From: a virus
Taxonomy: Duplodnaviria > Caudoviricetes
Direction: 5' to 3' (one strand)
Length of the DNA: 36,250 nt
Virus record (IMG/VR): IMGVR_UViG_3300005611_000090
Coordinates: 1 to 36,250 of that record
Part shown: piece by piece, positions 9,263-18,423 of the stretch
How the letters are laid out: each line of letters starts with the position of its first letter
Position numbering within the stretch: the first letter of the stretch is position 1
Notes under the pieces: model-generated
The model's database searches: none
Told to the model about the DNA's origin: nothing
What the model saw: the letters and a program-made list of their open reading frames with translations, nothing else
Program-made: the position numbers and the translations under genes

Positions 9263-10141
9263 CTCATCAGCAAATCGTCCTTGATACTGATGTTCACCTA
9301 TGTGTGCTATAGGATCATCAATAAAGGCATAACATTTGCCACCTATTTCTCTCCATAACTTACAGAAAGAAAAATCTTCACCTAAGTATGTTTTAGTCTT
9401 TGGATCATGAATTGTATCAAAGAAATTCCACATGTTAGGCTTGTCTACATACTCTCCATTAATAACTGTCTTTTGTACTATTTGTTTATCAGGGTAGGCT
9501 TTAATCATTTTGTCAAATACTTGTTTTTTTATTAACATACATCCTGTAGGACTATGGGTAACTTCTATTACACCTCTATCAACATCAACATTATTAGGGT
9601 TTTCAATCTTCATTGGATAAGTATGTAACCATTTTCTAATATCGTCTGGCTTTTTAATTTCACCTTTTTGCATTTTTCTAAAAGCTTTGTCCCACATTAA
9701 AGTTTTAAGTGGGTAAGGTATTGAGATAACATCTTTATCTCTTTCAATCATTTTAAATATAGATTCAGCATTAAATAAAATATCAGAATCAATAAATAAC
9801 ATATGAGTTAATCCAGACTCTATAAAACCAGACACACATAAATTTCTACCTTGAGTAACCAGTGATGATTTCATTATTTGAAAAGCAACATCTACGTTTC
9901 TTTTCATACATTCTTTTTGAAATTCTAGTAACCCTTGAGCATAATGGATTGAACATTGATCATGAACAGGTGTTGCAACAAATATAGAATAAGGTGCTCT
10001 GTCTTTAACCGGTGTCCGTTGTCCGGTATCCGTTTTCCACATTGGAGCAACCTTCTTTGTTCCATCTACAATACGTGGCATTGGTTTAACACTTAGATTG
10101 TATAATGTTTGATAAGTATCTTGATTTATTGTTTTTTCCAT
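9245..10141 (-). CDS. Glycosyltransferase-like protein (GT-A fold)
   Basis: IFVATP start strand, SSLVTQGRN, THMLFIDSDI (DxD motif), TGCMLIK and YLGEDFSFC motifs. Confidence 0.7.
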   Translation of the reverse strand: MEKTINQDTYQTLYNLSVKPMPRIVDGTKKVAPMWKTDTGQRTPVKDRAPYSIFVATPVHDQCSIHYAQGLLEFQKECMKRNVDVAFQIMKSSLVTQGRNLCVSGFIESGLTHMLFIDSDILFNAESIFKMIERDKDVISIPYPLKTLMWDKAFRKMQKGEIKKPDDIRKWLHTYPMKIENPNNVDVDRGVIEVTHSPTGCMLIKKQVFDKMIKAYPDKQIVQKTVINGEYVDKPNMWNFFDTIHDPKTKTYLGEDFSFCKLWREIGGKCYAFIDDPIAHIGEHQYQGRFADELILPK

Positions 10142-10149
10142 TTTTTATC

Positions 10150-10608
10150 CTATGTAATATCTCCTCTAACCCCTAAAGAAAATGTTATTCTTGGGGTAAT
10201 TGAAAAACCTTGGTGAACTTTATTTTTTTCTATATATAGCAAATCTGTAGGATTTAAAATATAAGTTTCATTTTCTACTGTATATAAAGTTTTTCCATAT
10301 AAATTATATAATAAAACGTCATAATTATCTTTATGTACTTCTGTACATGCACCTGGAGAAAAACCAATAAACAAAAAAGCATCAAGTTTTTTGTCTGTTA
10401 AATTAAAAACTTTTACACATTTTTCTAATAAATTAAAAAAAATTTTACTTCTGTGAACATCTTTAATAACAAAAATACCTTCAAGTACATAATTACTTAA
10501 GTGTTTATCTTTTACAAAAGTTTCATAAGTATCTTTAGTAAACAAATTTACTAATTGATTAAAATCGATAGTTAAATTTGAAAAATTACTTTTTAATTTT
10601 TCCATCAA
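10150..10608 (-). CDS. Cupin / JmjC-like Fe(II)/2-oxoglutarate oxygenase
   Basis: HxD motif (VHKDNYDVL), distal His (LxPxDLLYIEKNKVHQG) and RITFSLG at the C-terminus. Confidence 0.7.
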   Translation of the reverse strand: MMEKLKSNFSNLTIDFNQLVNLFTKDTYETFVKDKHLSNYVLEGIFVIKDVHRSKIFFNLLEKCVKVFNLTDKKLDAFLFIGFSPGACTEVHKDNYDVLLYNLYGKTLYTVENETYILNPTDLLYIEKNKVHQGFSITPRITFSLGVRGDIT

Positions 10609-11521
10609 TAGCGCCTTTTAAAAAGCTTTCCCACTCCATGCCTTTTTTATTCCAATTATAAAATCGTTTATAAAACAATTGTTGTTGTTCTAAATGATCC
10701 TGTATGAATGGTTCATGTAAATAACTTGCTGCAACTTGAATAGCTGCTGCAGTGCCTTTTGCCATTTGTTCAAAATCTTCTGTATAGTTTATATATACTG
10801 GCCATTCTGCACAAGTTTCATATAAAGCACCGTAATTATTAGTGACCACATGAACACCTGCAGCTAAAGCTTCAAGCGCAGATACACAAAAAGTTTCTTC
10901 AAAAACACTTGGATACACAAACATATCATATTTATTCATGTTAGCTTTAATATATTCATTTGTTTCATAACCTATATAATTTACATTTGGTAATTGTTTA
11001 GCTTGTTCATATAAAGGTTTAAACTGATCATCGTTTTGTTTTTTAAATTCATCTCCATAAACTTGAGTTGATGAATAAACATCCAATGTAATATTAGGAT
11101 CATTAATTTCTTGCATTGCTCTAAGTAAAACATTTAAACCTCTCCATGGAGTACAGTGGTGTATTAATTTTATAGGTTCACCTTTTTTATATATTTTTCT
11201 TTCTGGAAAAGAATCAATACCGTTTTTAATTACTACCGATCTTTCTGTAGGTATATCAAAAAAATATCTAAATTTTTCATAATTCCAATTCGAGTTAAAC
11301 ACATACCAATCATATTCTTTATGTCTTTCTTTATTACCAAAAAATTCTTGTAGGTTTGGTTGATCGTATGAATTCTTTTGCCAAAGTATATTTACTTTGT
11401 TCGGATCAATTGGAACTTTACCAGGAACAGAAGTACATATTTGTACTTGGTCTAGTAATTCTTTTGGAACATGCTTGTGTAGCATTTCCATTTGTAGCTC
11501 AGTGGCTCCTCTAGGTTTCAT
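10586..11521 (-). CDS. Glycosyltransferase, GT-B fold (GT4-like)
   Basis: TPWRGLNVLL and DMFVYPSVFEETFCVSALEALAAG (Ex7E motif of retaining GT4-type enzymes). Confidence 0.8.
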   Translation of the reverse strand: MKPRGATELQMEMLHKHVPKELLDQVQICTSVPGKVPIDPNKVNILWQKNSYDQPNLQEFFGNKERHKEYDWYVFNSNWNYEKFRYFFDIPTERSVVIKNGIDSFPERKIYKKGEPIKLIHHCTPWRGLNVLLRAMQEINDPNITLDVYSSTQVYGDEFKKQNDDQFKPLYEQAKQLPNVNYIGYETNEYIKANMNKYDMFVYPSVFEETFCVSALEALAAGVHVVTNNYGALYETCAEWPVYINYTEDFEQMAKGTAAAIQVAASYLHEPFIQDHLEQQQLFYKRFYNWNKKGMEWESFLKGAIDGKIKK

Positions 11522-11718
11522 TATTCTTTGGTTTTAGCACCCATCGAAACTCTTGTCACCTTTATTTCTAAATCTTGTCTAAAATCTTCTTCGGTAGTAT
11601 CGGTGTTAGGATCAGCAACATCAGCATCGAACTCAGCTTTATTAGCATATACTTTTAAAGTTCTTTTGTGTTTAATGATCTCTTTTGCTTCAGCGGGTAT
11701 TTTTATTAATTCAGTCAT
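11521..11718 (-). CDS. Small hypothetical protein (65 aa)
   Basis: Coupled by overlaps on both sides (ATGA at 11715-11718, TAATG at 11519-11523). Confidence 0.7.
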   Translation of the reverse strand: MTELIKIPAEAKEIIKHKRTLKVYANKAEFDADVADPNTDTTEEDFRQDLEIKVTRVSMGAKTKE

Positions 11719-11846
11719 CCTCTTCCTTGTTTGTTATATTTCTTATAATCTCTTTTTTCATTTTTTGAAAGACTTTTTTTATGGCGACCTGGACGTTTCT
11801 TAGGTTTAGGTCTAGGTACAAAATGAGTAAATTTTTGTTTAGCCAT
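11715..11846 (-). CDS. Small, very basic protein (43 aa), not in supplied track
   Basis: MAKQKFTHFVPRPKPKKRPGRHKKSLSKNEKRDYKKYNKQGRG*. The TGA overlaps the ATG of 11521..11718 and the ORF fills the gap exactly. Confidence 0.7.
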   Translation of the reverse strand: MAKQKFTHFVPRPKPKKRPGRHKKSLSKNEKRDYKKYNKQGRG

Positions 11847-12177
11847 TTTCTTGTGATCTATCTATAAGCGCATAACTAACCAATCCTGTAATTTCATTAG
11901 CAGTATCTGCTTGCATTTTTAAAATATCATCAGCTTCTAAATTTATGCTTTCTAATGCAAAATTAAAAGTTTCTTTATTCAATTGTTTATGTGCAAGTTG
12001 TACATCTGCAGCTGCACCAGATTTTCTAATAAGTAAATCAGTATCAACGTTACTTGCAGTATCATGAACTGTTTCAATATTTTTAACAATTATTGTTGCA
12101 TCACTTGGACAAGTCAAAATTGTAGTGACGTTAGTAGTTGTTAAATCAAACGTATCGCTTTTGTATCTAATTGTCAT
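11839..12177 (-). CDS. Small beta-rich virion/tail protein (112 aa)
   Basis: C-terminal INLEADDILKMQADTA resembles IVLQSGDQLYVVSDTA in 24194..24526. Located in the tail module. Confidence 0.55.
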   Translation of the reverse strand: MTIRYKSDTFDLTTTNVTTILTCPSDATIIVKNIETVHDTASNVDTDLLIRKSGAAADVQLAHKQLNKETFNFALESINLEADDILKMQADTANEITGLVSYALIDRSQENG

Positions 12178-12338
12178 GACATAAAATAATTAAACGCATC
12201 TTGTTCATTTTTTAAGTCTTGTTGGTAAGATGTATTCAATTGATTCTCCACTGTTGATATTGCTTGGTTGATTTGTCTAAATCCTTCTTCAGTATATTCT
12301 TTAGGTGGTTCAGGTACATATACGTTTATCTTAGCCAT
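12174..12338 (-). CDS. Small tail-associated protein (54 aa), not in supplied track
   Basis: MAKINVYVPEPPKEYTEEGFRQINQAISTVENQLNTSYQQDLKNEQDAFNYFMS*. TAATG overlap upstream and ATGA overlap downstream. Confidence 0.75.
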   Translation of the reverse strand: MAKINVYVPEPPKEYTEEGFRQINQAISTVENQLNTSYQQDLKNEQDAFNYFMS

Positions 12339-14263
12339 TATCTTCTACCATCTGGGTTAACGTCTGCTCTAAATGTTCCAAATCTCCATGTTTCATTTGT
12401 TGAACTATTTTGTATTTTTAAGTTAGCCAATCTTCCTCTAGCTCTTGTATCAACTTTCTTAGTGTTTGAGTTTATCGTAAAAGGACCTAATTGTGAAGAG
12501 CTATCTGAATCAGTTGGAAAATCTTTTAAATTAATTGTAATTATAGCATTACCTTGTAAATTTTTAAAATCAGGTAAAAATCTAGATATTCTCATTAAAT
12601 ATTGACCGTCTCCTTGTAAAGGTAAATCAAAATCACCAGATTGTATATATGCAGAAATTGCCGTTTCTGTTCCATCAAGTGCTACTCTATTATTTCCTGT
12701 TTCATGTTCAAAAAGAGTAGATGCTCCAAAAGTATTAGTTGCACCACTTATATTGGTAACTGTTGGTGTTGCAGTTGAATCATATTCTGTAGCGTAAGGT
12801 TTATCATAAGTGCTTGCATCAACATAACTACTTCTTGCAAGTGTCATAGTTGACCAAGTGTTTTCAACATAATTATAAATAACAGATCTGTTATTTTGTA
12901 CCGAAGGATCATTTAAAGGTTTGCCTGCAGGGTACAACCAAATTATTTCATTGAATAAAGAATTGTGTTCAGCGTAGACAATTTCATTAGAAGAATAATT
13001 AATACCGGTGTTATTACCACTAGTGGTAAAAACAAAATCTTCTATTAACGAAGGTAATAATTTTACTGTACCATCAAATTTAAAAAATCCACCTCCCGAT
13101 CCCATCCAGAATACTTGACCATCTGCATAGACTGCTGCGTGTTGGCCAATACATCCACAATTCGATCCAACTTGTCTTATTGAAAATGTAAAAGGAGGAC
13201 CAACAAACTGCATAGTATATGCTGCAGTATCTGTTAAAATTAAATTGTAGTCTTTACCAGAAACAGCTGCTACAATTTTATTACCTGTATCCAGTCTAAA
13301 TGTTCCAGCAGTATTTACTGAGGTTGGTTCATATACATTATAGTTTTCCTGGTCACTAAATCTTATAAACATTGGATCCTGTGTTGTTGGATCACCAATA
13401 GTTGTTTCTGTTCCCAAGTGAACAACGTGTCTATCTCTATCAGATACAATTGTAGATCTAGATGCAGTTGGAGCCCCTGTCATTAAAGTTGCTCTTGTCT
13501 CTAGTTGTGGGTTTGTTGTTCCAGGATCCCAAACAAATGTTTTACTATCTTTTATGGTTGCAATTAGTTGTTGTCCAAAATTATCTAAACTCCAATTACC
13601 AGGGTCAAGAATTACATTTGACGATGTACTACCCGCTCCCCATTCATCAGAACCCCAAGTATCTGTACCCCAACCATAACCATATGTTTGAATAGTAGGG
13701 CCAACATCTTCATAAGGATCGATAGTTCCAGAACCTGCAGTTGACATAGGTGTTCCGGTTTCCGTTGTCTTTAATTTTATAGTAAAGGTATCTGCAGTAG
13801 GTACCGTTAAAATTTCAAAAGTAAAATTTTCAAAATCATCAGAGGTTAAAGAAGATGTTCCTGGTATTGTTACGCTTGAAAATGTAATGTAATCTCCAAC
13901 ATCTAGTGCATGAGTTACTTTATTAACAGTTACGATATCTGAACTAGAAGTTGAAGTAAATGTAGCACCAGTGATAGCGGTAGCTAGTGGAGTAATGTCA
14001 TAAAAAGCATCCTCATAATAAATGTATAAAGCTTTTGAAGTACCAATAGCATCATATTTTCTACCCTCTAGATCTGTCCAAGTATGCTGTGCACGTGCAG
14101 GGCCTGCTATGGTTTCTTGTCCAACAGCTACAAACCCTCCAATTTTTTCAGGTTGGTTGTATCTAAATCTAACAAAATCACCATCAATCCATTGTCCCTC
14201 TGCACCTGAGGGTGTGTCGGTTTTATTGATACCTGGTCTAATTTGTACATTTGCTAAAGGCAT
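12338..14263 (-). CDS. Tail nozzle / DNA stabilisation protein (P22 gp10 / T7 gp12 functional class)
   Basis: 641 aa, beta-rich with propeller-like repeats (FIRFSDQE, TAGTFRL, NCGCIGQHA, VFWMG, YNYVENTW). Size and position match podovirus nozzle proteins. Confidence 0.65.
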   Translation of the reverse strand: MPLANVQIRPGINKTDTPSGAEGQWIDGDFVRFRYNQPEKIGGFVAVGQETIAGPARAQHTWTDLEGRKYDAIGTSKALYIYYEDAFYDITPLATAITGATFTSTSSSDIVTVNKVTHALDVGDYITFSSVTIPGTSSLTSDDFENFTFEILTVPTADTFTIKLKTTETGTPMSTAGSGTIDPYEDVGPTIQTYGYGWGTDTWGSDEWGAGSTSSNVILDPGNWSLDNFGQQLIATIKDSKTFVWDPGTTNPQLETRATLMTGAPTASRSTIVSDRDRHVVHLGTETTIGDPTTQDPMFIRFSDQENYNVYEPTSVNTAGTFRLDTGNKIVAAVSGKDYNLILTDTAAYTMQFVGPPFTFSIRQVGSNCGCIGQHAAVYADGQVFWMGSGGGFFKFDGTVKLLPSLIEDFVFTTSGNNTGINYSSNEIVYAEHNSLFNEIIWLYPAGKPLNDPSVQNNRSVIYNYVENTWSTMTLARSSYVDASTYDKPYATEYDSTATPTVTNISGATNTFGASTLFEHETGNNRVALDGTETAISAYIQSGDFDLPLQGDGQYLMRISRFLPDFKNLQGNAIITINLKDFPTDSDSSSQLGPFTINSNTKKVDTRARGRLANLKIQNSSTNETWRFGTFRADVNPDGRR

Positions 14264-14268
14264 GGCAA

Positions 14269-14277
14269 ATTATAGCA
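14269..14277 (-). promoter_or_regulatory. Extended -10 element directly upstream of the nozzle gene (possible leaderless transcript)
   Basis: Minus strand TGCTATAAT-ttgcc-ATG, only 5 nt between TATAAT and the start codon. No SD and no good -35. Confidence 0.5.
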
Positions 14278-14308
14278 TATTGTATGTTTTAATTCTATAA
14301 ACCGTAAT

Positions 14309-14602
14309 CTATTTATCAGTCAAAGTTTTAGGATATTTATTAGCTAATAAAGTCTTGTAAGTTTTCTCATTAGATTTGACCATTTCATTTCTAAAGCTTT
14401 CTATAGCAGAACCCGCTTGTCTAGTCTGTTGTGAATTTTCAACCATAAGTAAAGGTAAATAAGAAACAGCACAGCCATACTCATCTTGCTCTTGTCCTGT
14501 TTGTGGATTTGTACCTCTTAGTTGGATAAACCAAGCACAATCAAATTTTCTACAAGGTTTAAAATTATCCAGAGGACAATTGTTTTTAATTTCTAATTTC
14601 AT
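14309..14602 (-). CDS. Small Cys-containing protein coupled to the tail fibre gene (possible fibre accessory)
   Basis: 97 aa with CPL...PCRKFDCAWF...GCA (4 Cys). TAATG overlap with the fibre gene. Confidence 0.55.
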   Translation of the reverse strand: MKLEIKNNCPLDNFKPCRKFDCAWFIQLRGTNPQTGQEQDEYGCAVSYLPLLMVENSQQTRQAGSAIESFRNEMVKSNEKTYKTLLANKYPKTLTDK

Positions 14603-15735
14603 TAATCTTTTGAAGCAAGTATTATATCAACATACTGAACATTCAAGTTAAAAGTATCACTAAAACTGTGTGAGTGAGAGCCTCCAGATAAAGTTCCTGC
14701 ACCGTGTGAGTGGCCTCCGCCTCCTCCAGTAGAACTCATTGTAAATGTTCCACTAGGACCTCCTTGGTCTCCTCGTTGTGGAATATAATCTGTTCCATCT
14801 TGGTGTCTAATACCTGCTGTCATTTGCCAAGCTGGTTTTGTGTGGGTGTGTGAAGGTATTTCAGAAACACTCAAAGTATGAGACGCAGTACTTCCAGATA
14901 TACTTACGCTTGAACTGCCTGTCGTTCCACTTACTGTTTTATTAGAATTAAACGCGTCTGTAAAAGAATTTGATCCTCCTGTAGATGCAGTTCCACTAAC
15001 TACTCTAAGCGCTTTGTTATTTTGTGATGTTAATTTAGTAAAACCGGTAGGTGCTGCTGTTTGTTGAAACAACATAATGGTTCCAGAAGGAATAGCAGCA
15101 TCATTAGTTAATTGGTCTGGACCCACAGCATTGTTTGCAATTTTAGCTTGAGTTACTGCATCATCAACTAATTGAGACGTATTAATAGCATCTGCAGCGA
15201 CCTTAGCATTAGTCACAGCATCATCTACAATTTGTACCGTATCAATAGCATCCGCAGCAACTTTATCATTAGTCACAGCATCGTTTGCAATTTGTGTAGT
15301 TCCAACAGTGCCCCCTAGTGTATCTAAAGATACTTCGTTTAAATTTGTACCATCAGCATAAGCTGCATAAATTTTATTAGAATCAAGTGTAAACCCTGTG
15401 CCGGTTGCTGTTTTAATGGTTAGGTTTGTTGGGTTAGTAATTAATGAACAATCAAAAATATAAAATTTTTCAATAGAATCTGGAATAGTTACAGTTGTTG
15501 CACTTGTTAAGGTAATAGTTGCAAATTTCAATACCATATTTCTAGCATTTGAAATAGAGGCATTATTCATTACTAAAGCTGTCGTAGCACCATCAGTAAG
15601 AGTAATTAATTCGTAACCTGCTATTGCTTGTTGAATTAAATTTAAATTTGCATTAGTCTTTGTTCCCCAAGTACCGGCATTTTCACCGGTAGCCATTAAC
15701 TCTAGTTTAAGATCTGTTGAATATGTGGATGCCAT
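14602..15735 (-). CDS. Tail fibre protein with repeat shaft and HxH-containing collar/needle tip
   Basis: N-terminal virion-anchoring type sequence (TGENAGTWG), about 10-residue DAVTxxKV/DAIxTxQI repeats, IPSGTIMLFQQTAAPTGF collar motif, and PSHTH, GHSHG, SHSHS metal-binding motifs as in T4 gp12/gp37 tips. Confidence 0.8.
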   Translation of the reverse strand: MASTYSTDLKLELMATGENAGTWGTKTNANLNLIQQAIAGYELITLTDGATTALVMNNASISNARNMVLKFATITLTSATTVTIPDSIEKFYIFDCSLITNPTNLTIKTATGTGFTLDSNKIYAAYADGTNLNEVSLDTLGGTVGTTQIANDAVTNDKVAADAIDTVQIVDDAVTNAKVAADAINTSQLVDDAVTQAKIANNAVGPDQLTNDAAIPSGTIMLFQQTAAPTGFTKLTSQNNKALRVVSGTASTGGSNSFTDAFNSNKTVSGTTGSSSVSISGSTASHTLSVSEIPSHTHTKPAWQMTAGIRHQDGTDYIPQRGDQGGPSGTFTMSSTGGGGGHSHGAGTLSGGSHSHSFSDTFNLNVQYVDIILASKD

Positions 15736-15743
15736 AATTTGCT

Positions 15744-15772
15744 ATTATACACTTATTAAGCTGCTATATCAA
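15744..15772 (-). promoter_or_regulatory. Near-consensus sigma70 promoter of the tail fibre gene
   Basis: Minus strand TTGATA (15772-15767), 17 nt, TATAAT (15749-15744). ATG is 8 nt downstream with no SD, consistent with a leaderless mRNA. Confidence 0.65.
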
Positions 15773-16640
15773 CTTCTGTCCAAGTATTCGTTACCCCTTC
15801 ATTTACGTTAGTCCAGGTATTTGTTACATTCGGATCAACATTTGACCATGCAGTAATTAAAGGACTTGCTATATCAGTTGATAATTCAACACCTGTAACG
15901 GGAACTTCAACCCCTGGAACCGCTACTACTGAACCAACAGATATCGCTGCAGATATACCAGTTACATCGACTGGAGTATTAATATCAACTGTTTCCTCAC
16001 CTAAAACAAGGGATAGTTGAACACCCGTTACATTAACATTTGCATCAGCAGTTATTGTAACTGATCCAGTATCAGTATTTAATAATATTCCATCAGCATC
16101 TGTGTTTGCATCTGCTGTAACAGTAGCTGTTCCTGAAGCAAAAGATAATTCAATACCAGTTACATCAATATTAGCAGTACCTGTTATATCGACATCACCG
16201 ACAGCGCCACTTAATTCACTACCATTTACGTCTACATCTGCATTTGCTTGAGTGGTTACTGAACCTACTGCTAACTCTATTTCACTTTCTGGCGATGCTA
16301 TAATTGAAACATTACCTCCAGCACTTATAGAGAAAGTTCCTATAGTAAAGTTGAGTTGAGATCCCGTTGGAGATGCAGAAGCTCCTGCAGTAACGGTTAC
16401 ACTACCTACGTTCGTATTGAGTTCAGATCCAGTTACATCTACTGGAGTATTGGTAACAATGGTTTCATCTCCTAAAAATGAATTTAACTGAATACCAGTT
16501 ACATTTACATTTGCATTAGCTTGTGTTGTAGCTGCACCAATGTTGGTTGTAAGTTGTACACCGGTTACTGCAACATTAGCGTTTAATGAGCCTTCAGCTG
16601 CAAAAGGTGCTTCGGAAAATGTTGTTATTCCAAAAGCCAT
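15756..16640 (-). CDS. Acidic beta-repeat virion protein (294 aa)
   Basis: Repeating V(T/N)G(V/I/S)(Q/E)L...G...(A/N)xV units, with no Lys or Arg in the translation. Confidence 0.65.
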   Translation of the reverse strand: MAFGITTFSEAPFAAEGSLNANVAVTGVQLTTNIGAATTQANANVNVTGIQLNSFLGDETIVTNTPVDVTGSELNTNVGSVTVTAGASASPTGSQLNFTIGTFSISAGGNVSIIASPESEIELAVGSVTTQANADVDVNGSELSGAVGDVDITGTANIDVTGIELSFASGTATVTADANTDADGILLNTDTGSVTITADANVNVTGVQLSLVLGEETVDINTPVDVTGISAAISVGSVVAVPGVEVPVTGVELSTDIASPLITAWSNVDPNVTNTWTNVNEGVTNTWTEVDIAA

Positions 16641-16643
16641 CTA

Positions 16644-16985
16644 TTAGGCTCCTGGTTTAGTTGGCCATGTGACTGAATTAACGTCTTCGACTGTAGTTAA
16701 ACCGTTTGTAATGTCTCTTAAAGATTGTCTATAAGTTCTCATGTCATCAGATAAAGTTTGATCTGATAAAGCATAATGATCTGTGTCAGCAAGTAATCTA
16801 TTTCTTTTGGCTCTTAAATCTTCCATAGCCATATCAAATTCTACAATAGGAAATTGTGCTTGTATGTCAGCTATTGGTATTGGTGTTGTTCCATTTAACC
16901 ATTGAATAGTATTAATATCTTCTTCAAGATATTTAAATTCTGCATTTGGATTTATTCTTTTTATTACTTTACTTAGTCTAATCAT
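16644..16985 (-). CDS. Tail fibre assembly chaperone
   Basis: LRAKRNRLLADTD...YRQSLRDIT...WPTKP, the characteristic phage tail assembly chaperone motif. Confidence 0.8.
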   Translation of the reverse strand: MIRLSKVIKRINPNAEFKYLEEDINTIQWLNGTTPIPIADIQAQFPIVEFDMAMEDLRAKRNRLLADTDHYALSDQTLSDDMRTYRQSLRDITNGLTTVEDVNSVTWPTKPGA

Positions 16986-16989
16986 ATTT

Positions 16990-17508
16990 TTATCCTAATA
17001 TTTCAAAAGCATTTAACATTGTGTGTGCTCTAGTTCTCCAATCAGAATTAGAAGATACATCTGTTCTACCATAAATTTTATAAGTAACCTCTGATGTTGT
17101 ATTTGGTTCGTCTAATTTTGCAAAATTAGGAGCAATTCCCATCTGCCCACCAGATACATCTATTCCTGTAGATTGATCAAATATAGTTGTTTCTACTCCA
17201 CCAACTGTTCTAGTTAATTTTGTTTTACTTGTAATACCGTCTTGGTCGTCTTGTCCATATTGTCCATCCATTTTAATAAAAATTTTATTTGATATACTAC
17301 TTGGAGTTATTGCAAGTGAAATTGCTAAAACATAACTTGTAGAATTTATTGTTGCAGGAGTTGCTTCTCCACTTGAAACAACTTGCAAAACCTTACCACC
17401 TACACCAGCAGGTAATGCTGTAATATTCCCGATAGAAGTATCATTAATATTCGCTGCAGGAAGTGTGCCTGTTATTGCATTTGCTCCGCCTAGTCTAGTT
17501 ATTGCCAT
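16990..17508 (-). CDS. Short fibre / receptor-binding module
   Basis: GGKVLQVVS, ITPSSISNKI, LDEPNTTSEVTYKI and C-terminal FEILG. Followed by a chaperone gene. Confidence 0.65.
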   Translation of the reverse strand: MAITRLGGANAITGTLPAANINDTSIGNITALPAGVGGKVLQVVSSGEATPATINSTSYVLAISLAITPSSISNKIFIKMDGQYGQDDQDGITSKTKLTRTVGGVETTIFDQSTGIDVSGGQMGIAPNFAKLDEPNTTSEVTYKIYGRTDVSSNSDWRTRAHTMLNAFEILG

Positions 17509-17509
17509 A

Positions 17510-17806
17510 TTATACTCCTATTAACGCTTTAATTTCTGCGTCATCCAATCCTAAATCTTTTAGCTTCTGTTTACCAGATGCTTTTTTAGTTTCTTTATCT
17601 GCTTCAGCTTGTTTTAATTCTTCAATTTTTGCATCTACTTCTGCTTTAGATGGCATTGTAGCACCATCTTTAATAATCTCTATGCACTCATAGCACATTC
17701 TATGTTCGTTAGGAATTTTGTTTCCGTTTTCATCAAACTTTTTCCAACCATACCAATTACCACCATTAAAAGTATGTAATGCTTCTTGTAAATAATCTCT
17801 ATTCAT
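17510..17806 (-). CDS. Putative fibre chaperone (98 aa)
   Basis: PSKAEVDAKIEEL...KASGKQKLKDLGLDDAEIKAL. Coupled to the upstream fibre module. Confidence 0.5.
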   Translation of the reverse strand: MNRDYLQEALHTFNGGNWYGWKKFDENGNKIPNEHRMCYECIEIIKDGATMPSKAEVDAKIEELKQAEADKETKKASGKQKLKDLGLDDAEIKALIGV

Positions 17807-18423
17807 TATTGGCTATCTCCTAATCTAATAAAATTAAATGATGTTATGCTATAAGCGGTATTTCCACTTAAAATAAAATTTGCAGAAGTAGAAGTTAAAT
17901 TAAATTTAACTCTAAAAGTTGAAGCATTAGTTACATTTATAAAAGTAGAACATATTCCTGTATTATAAGAATTTGTAGTATTTCCTTCTCCTTGTAATCC
18001 TCTTGCAACTGCATCATAACTTGAGCCACTATCACTTGAAGAATATATAAAAAAATTAACTGCATCATCACTTGAATTTGAACCTGTAAATACAAATTGA
18101 ACCCAATAAAGACCAGTAGCGGGAAAAGTAAAAATACCAGAACTTTCGGTCATACCTGTTCCAATTTTAGCAAAAGTTGCATCATCAGGCCTTTCTAGAT
18201 TAGTTGTAATATCACCATCAATTGAACCAGTTAAAGATGTAGTTAATCTCCATTGGTCAGCTTCTGTAATTCCTTGAAGAAAATTAGTACCACCATTTTG
18301 CAAAGTACCTACAACATTAACCGTATCCCCAGACTTACCGATTGTAACGGTATTGGCATTCTCATTGATAATATTATTGCCTGATGTATCTTGTATCGTG
18401 TCTACTTTTAATATACTGCTCAT
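17806..18423 (-). CDS. Short fibre module with C1q/TNF-like head
   Basis: SILKVDTIQD N-terminus shared with 22041..22583. SGIFTFPATGLYWV motif of C1q-like heads. Confidence 0.65.
   Translation of the reverse strand: MSSILKVDTIQDTSGNNIINENANTVTIGKSGDTVNVVGTLQNGGTNFLQGITEADQWRLTTSLTGSIDGDITTNLERPDDATFAKIGTGMTESSGIFTFPATGLYWVQFVFTGSNSSDDAVNFFIYSSSDSGSSYDAVARGLQGEGNTTNSYNTGICSTFINVTNASTFRVKFNLTSTSANFILSGNTAYSITSFNFIRLGDSQ

Noticed and set aside
10008-10033. GC-rich patch accggtgtccgttgtccggt in the GT-A gene as a regulatory hairpin
   Set aside because: Only a 5-bp stem inside coding sequence, too weak to support.
15120-15300. Periodic DNA repeats as a CRISPR-like or non-coding array
   Set aside because: They are degenerate in-frame codon repeats of the tail fibre shaft, with no spacer-repeat structure.
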